Shown here: in pieces, positions 51,447 through 61,502 of the stretch
Layout: each line of letters opens with the position of its first letter
Position numbering within the stretch: the first letter of the stretch is position 1
From: Planctomycetota bacterium
Lineage (GTDB): Bacteria > Planctomycetota > B15-G4
Assembly (NCBI GenBank): GCA_038212275.1
Contig: JBBQUR010000005.1
Coordinates: 32,001 to 96,000, forward strand
DNA length: 64,000 nucleotides
Direction: 5' to 3'
The notes under the pieces: generated by a model
What the model was told of the DNA's origin: nothing
What the model saw: the letters and a program-made list of their open reading frames with translations, nothing else
Database searches by the model: none
Program-made: the position numbers and the translations under genes

Positions 51447-52544
51447 ATGCGTATCCTGCTGCCGTTGAGCCTGTGTCTGTGTGCCTTCACCTCGCCGCTG
51501 CGGGCCCAGGCGCCGCCCGACGAGAGCGCGTCGCGCAACGGGCGTGTCGTCATCGAGCGCGCGGAGGTTGCCGCGGAGCGCCCGACGCTCACCTTCTTCG
51601 TGCACGAGCTCACGGAGGATCAGGTGCGCGAGGTGGGCGCGCTGGCGGAGCACGTGCAGCTCGTCGTCGGACTGTCGCGCGACGAAGCGACGGCGCGCGC
51701 GACCGAACCGCAGGGCATCGACGCCTACTACGCGACACCGGAGTTCCTGCAGGCCGCGCCGCAACTGGTCTGGATCCAGGCGCAGAGCGCCGGCGTGGAT
51801 CGCACCGTCGGCCTGGACGCGGTGCAGAGCGGGCGCGTGCTCCTCACCAACCTGCGTGCCGTGCACGGGCCGGCCATCGCCGACCATGCCTTCGCGATGC
51901 TGCTCGCACTGACCCGCGACTTGCCGGTGCACCTGGCGGGCCGCGCCGAGGGGCGCTGGGACAGGGAGGGCTCGGGCCAGCTGGAACCGATCGCGCTGGC
52001 GGGGCGGACGCTGCTCGTGGTCGGGCTGGGAGGCATCGGCACGGAGATCGCGCAGCGCGGGCACGGCTTCGGCATGACCGTGCTCGCGACGCGTCGCAGC
52101 AGCGACGAGGCGCCGGACTGGGTGCAGCACGTGGGGCGTCCGGACGAACTGCTCACGCTGCTTCCGCAGGCCGATGTCGTCGCCATCGCGGTGCCGCTCA
52201 CGGACGAGACGCGCGGGCTCTTCAATGCGGCGGCCTTCGCCGCGATGAAGCCCGGCAGCTATCTCGTGAACATTGCGCGCGGCCAGGTGGTGGACACCGC
52301 CGCGCTGCTCGCCGCGCTGCAGTCGGGCCGGCTCGCGGGCGCGTGCCTCGACGTCACGGATCCCGAGCCGCTGCCCGCCGACCATCCGCTCTGGAAGCTG
52401 CCCAACGTGGTCATCACGCCGCACGTCGCCTCGCGCGCGCAGCTCACGGACGACCGCGCGTGGGAGCTGTTCCGCGAGAACCTGCGCCGCTTCGACGCGG
52501 CTGAGCCGCTGCTCAACGCCGTGGATCCCGTCGCCGGGTATTGA
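51447..52544 (+). CDS. D-2-hydroxyacid dehydrogenase family protein with N-terminal signal-peptide-like sequence
   Basis: SAGVD, GLGGIG, PLTDETRGL, VNIARGQVVD, LDVTDPEPL, ITPHVA. Confidence 0.9.
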   Translation: MRILLPLSLCLCAFTSPLRAQAPPDESASRNGRVVIERAEVAAERPTLTFFVHELTEDQVREVGALAEHVQLVVGLSRDEATARATEPQGIDAYYATPEFLQAAPQLVWIQAQSAGVDRTVGLDAVQSGRVLLTNLRAVHGPAIADHAFAMLLALTRDLPVHLAGRAEGRWDREGSGQLEPIALAGRTLLVVGLGGIGTEIAQRGHGFGMTVLATRRSSDEAPDWVQHVGRPDELLTLLPQADVVAIAVPLTDETRGLFNAAAFAAMKPGSYLVNIARGQVVDTAALLAALQSGRLAGACLDVTDPEPLPADHPLWKLPNVVITPHVASRAQLTDDRAWELFRENLRRFDAAEPLLNAVDPVAGY

Positions 52545-52547
52545 GGC

Positions 52548-52675
52548 CCGCGCGCCGCCCGCCGCCCGCGCCGCCCGCGCCGCCCGCGCGCCACCTGCGC
52601 CACCTGCGCCACCTGCGCCACCCGCCCGCGCCACCTGCGCCACCTGCGCCACCCGCCCGCGCCACCCGCCTGCGC
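52548..52675. repeat. intergenic degenerate 9-bp tandem repeat (gcgccgccc / gcgccacct)
   Basis: Roughly a dozen imperfect units directly visible. Confidence 0.85.
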
Positions 52676-52777
52676 CGGCGGCGGGTCACCGGCGGAACTT
52701 CGGCGCTAAGTGCTACCGCCCGGGGGCGTGTTCGGGAGATGCTGACCGGCCGTTTCGCCGTCTTGCGGGGGTGCGTG

Positions 52778-55700
52778 ATGCGTAGCAGTGCGTCGACGAT
52801 CGTGGCTCGGGTCGTGTTCCTCGGTGCCGTGTGCGGGTCGGGCCCCGTCGCGCTGCCCGTGGTCGCGGCACAACAGGCGCCCCCGGGTTTCGACGAGGCC
52901 TTCGCGCTGGCGCCCGACCGCGCGCAGGTGCTCGACCAGCTCGTGCCGGGCTCCCCCGAGTGGACCTTCTACAGCTGCCTGCAGCTGCAACAGGTCGGTG
53001 CCCTTCAGGAGGCGCAGGCCACGCTGCGCGCCTGGATCGATCAGCACGGACGCGACGACGGCTGGGTGGGGCAGCTGGAAACCCGCCAGGCGCTGCTCTC
53101 CTTCGAGCGGGACCCGGCAGCCACCTGGGCCTTTCTGCGCGAACGCCTCGGACTGCACTTCGATGACAGGCGGCAGACCGCGGGCGACGTGCCGGACCTG
53201 CCCACGAGCCTCGACCCATCCGCCATCTCGCAGGCGACGCTGCTCGCCCGCGCCCTCGAGAACTCGCCGCGCACGCTGGACGGCCTCACCAATGCAGGCA
53301 TCGAGTCGATCGACCCCGCCACGTTGAGCCCCGAGCTGCGCGGCAACTACCTCGCGCGCCTCGTGCGCCCGGATGTTCCGGGTCTCGCGCAGCTGGTGGT
53401 CGACGACATGGCGCGCCGCGACGGGCCGGACTTCGGCGGGCTCTCGATTCACAGGCGCCTGCTGCTCGAGCAGCTCCAGGAGTGCGCGCGTCTGCGCCCC
53501 GAGCTGCTCAACGACGGAGGCTTCATGCAGACGTGGGTGCGCCGCCTGCACCCGGGGGCGGACTCGGATTGGGAACACGACGATGCCGAGCGTCTCGCGT
53601 ATCTCGAGCGCCTGGAGCAGTTCACCGCGCCGCTCGCGCCGGTGCACAACTCGCTGAAGGCGCACGTGCTCTACTGGAGGCTCGCCTACGACCACGAGCA
53701 CGGCGTGCACGACAAGGCGCGGCTGCTTGCCTACCTGCGCCTGCCGAGGCAGTCCTCGCTGCGCAACTTCGAATGGACCCGACGCGCGGGCAGCGATGTG
53801 ATGGTGGACGTCAGCGCGCAGCCGCTCACGGGCCTGCCGCCGATCGGCGACGACGAGGAGCTGGTGCGCGCCTGCCTCATCGAGATCTTCCGCACGGCGC
53901 CCGACTACAAGCAGGACTTCGCGCCGCTGCTCGCCGAGAGCGAGGTGCGCCGGCTCTTCGCCGAGTCCAAGCTGCTCTTCGGCGTGGGCGATCTGCAGCA
54001 GTGGTATGACGTGCTGGGCAGCCCGGCCGACGTGGAGGCGCTGCGTTCGCGCGTCGAGGTCGCCTTCGCGCCCGGCAATCGCCGGCAGTTCGGCCCGGAC
54101 GACGAGGTCGTCCTCGACGTGGACCTCAAGCGCGTGGACGAACTGCTCGTGCGCGTCTTCGAGCTGGACGCCTTCAACGTGTACAGCACGACCGGGCGCG
54201 AGATCGATGCTTCCGTCGCGCTGGACGGCCTCGTCGCCAACGAGGAAACGCTGCACACCTACAGCGAGAATCCGCTGCGGCGCGTGCGGCGGAGCTTCAC
54301 CTTCCCGCAACTCTCGAAGCCCGGCGTCTACGTCGTGGAGCTCGTCTCCGGCGGGCTCGCGAGCCGCGCCGTCATCCACAAGGGCCGGTTGCAGCTGGTG
54401 GAGCGCGTGGGCGCGGCGGGTCACGTCTTCCGCGTGCTCGACGACGACGGCCGCCTGCTGCCCGGCGCCTCGATCTGGATGGCGGACCTGAACTACGCGG
54501 CCGATGCGAACGGCGAGATCACCGTGCCTTTCTCCACCGACCCCGGCAACCGCAGCATGGTGCTGCGCGACGGCGACCGCGCGACGCTGGCGCCGTTCCG
54601 GCATCTGGGCGAAACCTACACGCTGCAGGCCGGCGTCTTCGTGGACCGCGAGGCGCTGCTCGCGCGACGCACGGCAAGCCTGCTCGTGCGTCCGTCGCTG
54701 CGCGTCGATGATCGCGACGTCAGCCTTGCGCTGCTGGAAGAGCCGGCGCTCACGATCACGGCCACGGACCAGGACGGCGTCGCCTCCACGCAGGTCGTCC
54801 GCGACGTCACTCTGACTGCGCAGGGCGAGCTGGTGCACGAGTTCCAGGTGCCGGATCGCCTGGCCTCGCTGACCGTCACGCTTTCCGGCCGCGTGAAAAA
54901 TCTGAGCCTCGGCAAGGACGCCGAGCTGGCCGCCACGCCCGTGACCTTCCGCGTGAGCGCCATCGACCACACGACGGCGATCGCCTCCGCGCTGCTGGGC
55001 CGCACGCCCGATGGCTATCAGCTGGACGTGCTGGGGCGCACCGGCGAAGCGCTGCCCGACCGCACGGTGATCGTGTCGCTGCAGCACCGCGGCTTCCGCC
55101 AGCCCGCCCGCGCGGCGCTGCGCAGTGACGGCCTCGGCCGCGTGCACCTCGGTGCCCTGACCGGCATCGACAGCGTGAGCGTCGAGGGCTTCAGCAGCGA
55201 GTTCAAGACCTGGCCGCTGGCGGACGACGCGCGCACCTGGCCCGCGGCGCTGAACGGCCTGGCAGGAAGCGTGCTCGCCGTGCCGGCACCGCGCGGCGCC
55301 GTCCGCCCGCAGCGCGAGCGCGTCTCGCTCCTCGAGCTGCGCGACGGCGAGTTTGCGATCGATCGCTTCGATCACCTCGCGCTGGTCGACGGCTTCCTGG
55401 AACTGCGCGACCTGCCGCCCGGCGACTACAACCTGCTGCTCAAGGACGATTCCGACAGCATCGCGGTGCACCTGACCGCCGGCGAGCGGCGCGACGACTG
55501 GTTCGTCGGCCGCTCCCGCATGCTGCCTGCAGACGACGCCGCGCCGCTGCACGTCACCGAGCTCTCGGCGACCGACAGCGAGCTGCTGATCCGCGTGGCG
55601 AACGCCGGGCCCGAGACCCGCGTGCACGTCGTCACCACGCGCTGGCTGCCGCCCTTCGATCCCTTCGCCGCGCTGCGCCTCGACGCGCCGTGGCAGGCCG

Positions 55701-58700
55701 ACGCACTCGAGGTCGATCGCGCGGAGTCCACCTATCACGCCAGCACCGCGATCTCCGACGAGCAGCGCTACGTGCTCGACAGGCGCCAGGCGCGCAAATT
55801 CCCGGGCAACATGCTGCAGCGCCCGACGCTGCTGCTCAACCCGTGGGAGCTGCAGGAGACGGACACCAGCGACATGCCGGGTGGCGGCGGGGGAGCTGGC
55901 ATGGGAAAACTCGGGGGCCGCGGCAAGACCCGGGGCAGCAGCGGCGCCTCGGTGATCCACTCATTCGAGAGCAACCCCGGGCAGTACGCGGATCTCTCCT
56001 TCCTCCCCGCGCCCTCGATCACGCTGGCGAACCTCAAGCCAGGCGCGGACGGCGTGCTGCGCGTGCCGCGCGCGGATCTCGGTCCGTGGAATCACGTGCA
56101 GGTACTCGCCGTGGACGGCGACACCACGGAGCTGACCACGCTCACGCTCCCGCAGGCGCCGCTCGTGCCTGCCGACCGCACGCTGCGCGCCGCCTTCGAT
56201 GCGACACGGCATCTCACCGAGCGCCGCAGCATCGAATACCTGGACACGGGCGCCAGCGCGACGATCGACGACGTGACGACGTCGCGCGCCGAGGTCATCG
56301 ACTCGCTCGGCGCCGTCTTCCGGCTCTTCTCCGCGCTCTCCGCCAACAGCGACCTGCCGCGCTTCGCCTTCCTGCTGCACTGGCCCGAGCTCTCGCGTGA
56401 AGAGCGCCTCGCGCTGCTTTCCGAGAACGGCTGCCACGAGCTGCACCTCTTCGTGCACGAGCACGATCCGGCGCTCTTCACGGAGGTCGTCGCGCCGCAC
56501 CTGCGCAACAAGCTGCACAAGACCTTCCTCGACCGCTGGCTGCTCGATGAAGATCTGAGCGCGTACCTCGCGCCGTGGGAGTTCTCGCAGCTCAACGTCG
56601 TGGAGCGCATCCTGCTTGCGCAGCGCCTGCCGCAGGCGGCGGTCGTGTCCGCGCGCCTCACCGACGTGCTGCAGCTGCAGCCGCCCGATCCGGACGCCGC
56701 GCGCCGCCGCTTCGACGCCGCCCTGCGCGGCGCCGACCTCGACACGGCCTCCTTGAACGACGCCATGGAGAGCCAGGCCAAGCTGGCACGGGAAGCGAAG
56801 TCCTCGTTCGACTCCTCGCGGAAGGAGAAAGACAACCTGAGTGTCCCGGCCGCTGGCGTGGCAGGCGGCGCGGACGCTCCGGCTCCGGCCGCGACACTTG
56901 CAGAGGCGGTTCTCGGCGAGGACGCCAGCGATGAGGAGTTCGCAGCCGGGCTGACGACGCGCAGCCGCAGCGACGACGACGATCTGCGCCGCCGCGCCAG
57001 CCAGCGTGCGCTCTACCGCGGGCCGGACCGCACGCGCGAGCTGGTCGAGGACAACTACTGGCACGAGCCCATCGCGGAGCAGGACGGCGAGCTCATCCCG
57101 GTGAATGCCTTCTGGCTGGACTTCGCGCAGGTGCCGGCCGGCGCGCCCTTCGTTTCCACGCACGTGGCGGAGGCCGCGGGCAACATCCACGAGATGCTGC
57201 TCGCGCTCGCGCTCCTCGACTTGCCGTTCACGCCGGCGGAGCCCGTGCGGACGGCCGAGGGCACGCGCCTGTCGCTGCGAGCGGGCAGCCCGCTGCTGCT
57301 CGTGAGCCGGCAGCTGAAGGAGGCCGTGGCGGGCGAGCACGCCTCATCCGTCTTCGTCGGCCAGAACCTCTTCCGCCTCGACGATCGCACGCGGCTCGTC
57401 GGCGGCGAGCTGCGCGAGCACTTCGTCACGGAGGAATTCCTGACCGGCGTGATCTACGGCAGCCTCGTGGTCATCACCAACCCGAGTTCCGCGCCGCAGT
57501 CGCTGCAGGTGTTGCTGCAGGTGCCGCAGGGCGCCATCGCCGTCGGTGGCGGCCAGGCCACGCGCAGCGCCGACGTGCGCCTCGGGCCCTACGCCACCAC
57601 CACGCTGGAGACGCTTTTCTACTTCCCGCGCGTCGGCGACTTCCCGCAGTATCCGGTGCAGGTCTCGCACGAGGGAGAGCTGCTCGCCTTCGCGCCGCCG
57701 GCGATGCGCCATGTCGTGGCGACGCCCAGCACGGTGGACACCGGGTCGTGGGAGCACGTCTCGCAGTACGGCGCCGACGAGCAGGTCTGGGCCTACCTCG
57801 AAGGCGCCAACCTGCAGGCGGTCGCGTGGCAGCGCATCGCGTGGCGGCTCCAGGACGCGGCCTTCTTCCGCACGGCCATCGATTGGCTGGGTCGGCGCGA
57901 GGTCTACGCGCCCGTGGTCTGGAGCTACTCGATCCTGCACCGCGACGTGCCCGCCGCGCGCGAGTACCTCAAGCACCGCCCTTCCTTCCTCGCGACCTGC
58001 GGGCAGTCGCTGCGCTCGCCGCTGGTGGACATCGACCCGATCGAGCGGCGCCTGTATCAGCACATCGAGTACGAGCCACTCATCAATGCGCGCACGCATC
58101 GCTTCGGGGCGCAGCGCGAGATCGCGAACGCGAGCCTCGCGCTGCAGTACCGGCGCTTCATGACGGTGCTCGACTACCAGCCGGCGCTTGACGACGCGGA
58201 CTGGTTGTCCGTCACCTACTACCTGCTGCTGCAGGATCGCGTGGAGGAGGCACTGGCCTCCTTCGCGAGGGTGAATGCGGCAGCGCTGCCGGGGCGCCTG
58301 CAATACGACCTCATGCAGGCCTATCTCGACTTCTTCGGCGGGGATCTTGCGCGTGCGCGGGCCATCGCCGAAACATATCGCGACCATCCCGTGCCGCGCT
58401 GGCGCGAGCGCTTCCGCGAGATCCTCGAGCAGCTCGACGAGGCGCAGGGACTGGGCACGGGCGGCGAGGCCGGCGCGCTCCTCGCCAGCGAGCCGTCGCT
58501 CGAACTGCAGCTCGTGGACGGCCGCGTCGTCGTGCAGCACGCCAACCTGTCGGCCTGCGCCGTGCGCTGGTTCCCGATGGACGCCGAGCTGCTCTTCTCG
58601 CGCGATCCCTTCGGCGAACAGGACACCGACATCTTCGCAACGATCCGGCCCGCGCGCGCCGACACGCTTGCGCTGGACGCCGGCGCGCGCAGCACGACGG

Positions 58701-59065
58701 TCGACGTGCCGGCGGAATTCGCCGGCAGGAACGTGCTGGTGGAGGTGCGTGGCGGAGGGCTCGCGCGGCGCCAGGCGCGCTACGCGAGCACGCTGGACGT
58801 GCAGCTCCTCGAGCCGCGCGGCCAGCTCAAGGTGACCTCGGCTGCGTCGGGCGCAGCGCTGCCGTCGGTCTACGTGAAGGTCTTCGCGCGCCTGCCGGGC
58901 GGGGGCGTCGTCTTCCACAAGGACGGCTACACGGACCTGCGAGGCCGCTTCGACTACGCGTCCGTCTCCGGAGAAGGCCAGGCGCAACCCGAACGCTTCG
59001 CACTGCTCATCCTGAGCGAAACGGACGGCACCGTGATCCGCCAGGCGCAACCTCCGGCGCGCTGA
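52778..59065 (+). CDS. giant (2,095 aa) exported protein with macroglobulin-like Ig domains
   Basis: Single long GC3-biased frame; N-terminal signal-like segment; repeated V.d..G..l......TD..G beta domains; central Gly-rich linker; C-terminal YVKVFAR...KDGYTDLRGRFDY. Confidence 0.75.
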   Translation: MRSSASTIVARVVFLGAVCGSGPVALPVVAAQQAPPGFDEAFALAPDRAQVLDQLVPGSPEWTFYSCLQLQQVGALQEAQATLRAWIDQHGRDDGWVGQLETRQALLSFERDPAATWAFLRERLGLHFDDRRQTAGDVPDLPTSLDPSAISQATLLARALENSPRTLDGLTNAGIESIDPATLSPELRGNYLARLVRPDVPGLAQLVVDDMARRDGPDFGGLSIHRRLLLEQLQECARLRPELLNDGGFMQTWVRRLHPGADSDWEHDDAERLAYLERLEQFTAPLAPVHNSLKAHVLYWRLAYDHEHGVHDKARLLAYLRLPRQSSLRNFEWTRRAGSDVMVDVSAQPLTGLPPIGDDEELVRACLIEIFRTAPDYKQDFAPLLAESEVRRLFAESKLLFGVGDLQQWYDVLGSPADVEALRSRVEVAFAPGNRRQFGPDDEVVLDVDLKRVDELLVRVFELDAFNVYSTTGREIDASVALDGLVANEETLHTYSENPLRRVRRSFTFPQLSKPGVYVVELVSGGLASRAVIHKGRLQLVERVGAAGHVFRVLDDDGRLLPGASIWMADLNYAADANGEITVPFSTDPGNRSMVLRDGDRATLAPFRHLGETYTLQAGVFVDREALLARRTASLLVRPSLRVDDRDVSLALLEEPALTITATDQDGVASTQVVRDVTLTAQGELVHEFQVPDRLASLTVTLSGRVKNLSLGKDAELAATPVTFRVSAIDHTTAIASALLGRTPDGYQLDVLGRTGEALPDRTVIVSLQHRGFRQPARAALRSDGLGRVHLGALTGIDSVSVEGFSSEFKTWPLADDARTWPAALNGLAGSVLAVPAPRGAVRPQRERVSLLELRDGEFAIDRFDHLALVDGFLELRDLPPGDYNLLLKDDSDSIAVHLTAGERRDDWFVGRSRMLPADDAAPLHVTELSATDSELLIRVANAGPETRVHVVTTRWLPPFDPFAALRLDAPWQADALEVDRAESTYHASTAISDEQRYVLDRRQARKFPGNMLQRPTLLLNPWELQETDTSDMPGGGGGAGMGKLGGRGKTRGSSGASVIHSFESNPGQYADLSFLPAPSITLANLKPGADGVLRVPRADLGPWNHVQVLAVDGDTTELTTLTLPQAPLVPADRTLRAAFDATRHLTERRSIEYLDTGASATIDDVTTSRAEVIDSLGAVFRLFSALSANSDLPRFAFLLHWPELSREERLALLSENGCHELHLFVHEHDPALFTEVVAPHLRNKLHKTFLDRWLLDEDLSAYLAPWEFSQLNVVERILLAQRLPQAAVVSARLTDVLQLQPPDPDAARRRFDAALRGADLDTASLNDAMESQAKLAREAKSSFDSSRKEKDNLSVPAAGVAGGADAPAPAATLAEAVLGEDASDEEFAAGLTTRSRSDDDDLRRRASQRALYRGPDRTRELVEDNYWHEPIAEQDGELIPVNAFWLDFAQVPAGAPFVSTHVAEAAGNIHEMLLALALLDLPFTPAEPVRTAEGTRLSLRAGSPLLLVSRQLKEAVAGEHASSVFVGQNLFRLDDRTRLVGGELREHFVTEEFLTGVIYGSLVVITNPSSAPQSLQVLLQVPQGAIAVGGGQATRSADVRLGPYATTTLETLFYFPRVGDFPQYPVQVSHEGELLAFAPPAMRHVVATPSTVDTGSWEHVSQYGADEQVWAYLEGANLQAVAWQRIAWRLQDAAFFRTAIDWLGRREVYAPVVWSYSILHRDVPAAREYLKHRPSFLATCGQSLRSPLVDIDPIERRLYQHIEYEPLINARTHRFGAQREIANASLALQYRRFMTVLDYQPALDDADWLSVTYYLLLQDRVEEALASFARVNAAALPGRLQYDLMQAYLDFFGGDLARARAIAETYRDHPVPRWRERFREILEQLDEAQGLGTGGEAGALLASEPSLELQLVDGRVVVQHANLSACAVRWFPMDAELLFSRDPFGEQDTDIFATIRPARADTLALDAGARSTTVDVPAEFAGRNVLVEVRGGGLARRQARYASTLDVQLLEPRGQLKVTSAASGAALPSVYVKVFARLPGGGVVFHKDGYTDLRGRFDYASVSGEGQAQPERFALLILSETDGTVIRQAQPPAR

Positions 59066-59122
59066 GGGGTGCGCTGAGGGGCGCGTTGAGGGGCGCGCTG
59101 AGGGGCGCGCTGAGGGGCGCGC
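59061..59122. repeat. 12-bp tandem repeat (gctgaggggcgc x5) beginning at the stop codon of the giant gene
   Basis: Directly visible, with two single-base variants. Confidence 0.9.
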
Positions 59123-59155
59123 CAGGCGACGCGCCGGGTCGTGCGCTGACCGGGG

Positions 59156-61462
59156 TCAGTGCTGCAGCGCCGCGCGCAGGCAGGCCAGCAGTTCCTGGGG
59201 CGGGCTGGGCTTGCGCAAGAAGCCCGTCAGGCCGTGGCCTGCGAAGCGCTGCGTGGCATCCTGTTCGCTGTAACCGCTGGTCAGGATGATGCGCACGTCG
59301 GGAGCGATGTCCCGGAGTTGCCGGAAGGTCTCCTCGCCGCTGAGGCGCGGCATCGTCAGGTCGAGCACCACGGCGACGATGTCGGCACGGTGCTCCCGGA
59401 AACGCTCGATGGCGGCGAGGCCGTCGGGCGCCGTGAGCACGGAAAAGCCGCCAAACTCCAGCACGCTGCGCGTGACGTCCCGCACCAGCTCCTCGTCGTC
59501 CACGACGAGGACACAGCCGGCGCCGCGCCACGCGGCGGTTGGTGAGGCTGGCTTTGGTGGCGTGGCCGGAATCCGTCCGGGACCATCGGCGGGAGGCGCC
59601 TCGTCGGCAGTCCCGCGGGGCGTTTTCCCGGCGGGCGATGCCGGCACCTGCACGTGCACCTGCACCGGCACCGGCACCGGCACCGGCACCGGCACCGGCA
59701 CCGGCGCAGGTAGCGTCGCAGGTAGCGGCGCAGGTAGCGGCGCAGGTAGCTGCACAGGTAGCGGCGGCAGCAGGATGCGCATCGTGGTGCCGCGCCCGAC
59801 CACGCTGTCGACGCGGATCGTGCCGTGGTGGCTGCGCAGGATGCCGAGCACCGCGGCGAGCCCGAGCCCGCGGCCCGGAAACTTGGTCGAGTAGAACGGT
59901 TCGAAGAGCCGCGCCTTCGTCGTGTCGTCCATGCCGCAGCCCGTGTCGGCCACGTCGATGAAGACGTAAGTGCCCGGCGCGAGCTTCTCCTGCGCTGCGG
60001 TGCCGGCGAGGTACTCGGCATCTGCCTGCATGACGCCGGTCGTCACGACGATGGTGCCGTCGCGCTCGCCGAGCGCGTCCGAGGCGTTGGTGATGAGGTT
60101 CATGATCACCTGGCGAAGCTGCGTGGCATCGCCCTCGACGCACGGCAGGCCCGGGGCTGCATGCACGCGGAGCGTGGCCCGCTTCGAGATCACGGCCGAC
60201 AGCAGTTGTCCCAGTTCCTCGGCCAGCGGCGAGACATCGAGGCTTTCCACGACGAACTTGCCGTGGCCCGAATAGGCGAGCATCTGCCGCGCGAGGCCTG
60301 CAGCGCGCTGCGCGGCGCGGCACACGCCCTCGACGGCGCTTCGGCCCGGCGCGTCGGGCGGCAGTTCCAGGAGCGCCAGCCCGGCGTTGCCGAGGATGCC
60401 GACGAGCAGGTTGTTGAAGTCGTGCGCGATGCCGCCGGCCAGCACGCCGAGGCTCTCGAGCTTCTGCGCCTGCAGCATCCGCGCGTGCATCTCCTCGCGC
60501 TCCGCTTCGACGCGCTTGCGCTCGGTGATGTCCTTGGCGGTGCCGGTGGTGCCTGCGATGCGGCCTTCGACGTCACGCAGGACGATCGCATTGAAGCTCA
60601 GATGGATCGGCGTGCCGTCCTTGTGCAGGTGGATGGTCTCGTACTCGAAGTATTTCTCGCCGGCGAGGATGCGATTGAAGACCGCGAGATCCCTGGCGCT
60701 CATCTCTTCCGTCTGCAGGTCCGTGAAGAGGTGGCCGATCAGTTCGGCCGGCTCGCGCCCGTAGATGCGCAGCGTCGCGGCACGATTCACGAAGGTCCAG
60801 CGTCCCTCCGCGTCGGTGGACCAGATCAGGTCCTGCGAGGTCTCGACGAGGTCGCGGTAGCGGCGCTCGCTCTCGGCAAGCGCGACGTCCGCGCGCTGGA
60901 CATCGCCCCGGTGCTGCAGGACATAGGCCTGGGCGCTGCGCTTCTCCGTGATGTCATCGACCAGCGCGATGGCGCCCAGGTAGTTGCCGGCCGCGTCCAT
61001 GGTCGGTGCCGCGCGGACGCGCGTGATGATGCGCCGGCCGTCGCGGCGCACGAACTCGAAGTCGTGCTCTTCCGCGATGCCCCGACGTCGCCTCTCGAGG
61101 ATCTCATGGCACACGGCGGTGCCGCGCTCGTCCAGATAGTCGAACAGCGAGGTGCCGGTCATGGCCTCGGCAGTCGTGCCGAGCATCTCGGCCATTCGCG
61201 CATTGGCGTAGGTCGTCCGCTGTTCGGCGTCGATCGCCCACAGGCCTTCGCGGGAGGTTTCGGCGAACATCTTGTGCCAGCCGTCCTGCGCGCGGGCGCG
61301 CTGGCGCTCGGCTTCCAGCTCGGCGATGCGGGCGCGCAGTGCGGCCACCGTCGCTTCACTTGGCGCTTCACTTGGCGCTTGGTGTGGCGCTTGGTGTGGC
61401 GCGTCGTGTGGCGCGTCGTGTGGCGCGTCCTGTCGGGCGTCGAGCTTGTCCTGCCGGCTCAT
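59156..61462 (-). CDS. cytoplasmic PAS-PAS hybrid histidine kinase/response regulator
   Basis: Two PAS/PAC domains (DITEKR, DITERK), GGIAHDFNNLL, MNLITNA, DTGCGM, FEPFYSTK, GLGL, receiver LVVDDE...LDLTMP. Confidence 0.93.
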   Translation of the reverse strand: MSRQDKLDARQDAPHDAPHDAPHQAPHQAPSEAPSEATVAALRARIAELEAERQRARAQDGWHKMFAETSREGLWAIDAEQRTTYANARMAEMLGTTAEAMTGTSLFDYLDERGTAVCHEILERRRRGIAEEHDFEFVRRDGRRIITRVRAAPTMDAAGNYLGAIALVDDITEKRSAQAYVLQHRGDVQRADVALAESERRYRDLVETSQDLIWSTDAEGRWTFVNRAATLRIYGREPAELIGHLFTDLQTEEMSARDLAVFNRILAGEKYFEYETIHLHKDGTPIHLSFNAIVLRDVEGRIAGTTGTAKDITERKRVEAEREEMHARMLQAQKLESLGVLAGGIAHDFNNLLVGILGNAGLALLELPPDAPGRSAVEGVCRAAQRAAGLARQMLAYSGHGKFVVESLDVSPLAEELGQLLSAVISKRATLRVHAAPGLPCVEGDATQLRQVIMNLITNASDALGERDGTIVVTTGVMQADAEYLAGTAAQEKLAPGTYVFIDVADTGCGMDDTTKARLFEPFYSTKFPGRGLGLAAVLGILRSHHGTIRVDSVVGRGTTMRILLPPLPVQLPAPLPAPLPATLPAPVPVPVPVPVPVPVQVHVQVPASPAGKTPRGTADEAPPADGPGRIPATPPKPASPTAAWRGAGCVLVVDDEELVRDVTRSVLEFGGFSVLTAPDGLAAIERFREHRADIVAVVLDLTMPRLSGEETFRQLRDIAPDVRIILTSGYSEQDATQRFAGHGLTGFLRKPSPPQELLACLRAALQH

Positions 61463-61502
61463 GCCGTGTCCCTGCGAGTCCGGGCGTGACGAGCCCGCCA
61501 GC

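Noticed and set aside
52548..52675. Possible CRISPR array in the intergenic repeats here and at 59061-59122
   Set aside because: Units are 9-12 bp and contiguous, with no unique spacers, and no cas genes are present in the window.
52541..52777. N-terminal extension of the giant ORF through the tandem repeat
   Set aside because: It starts at a TTG overlapping the previous stop and translates repeat DNA. A signal-like N-terminus begins at ATG 52778.
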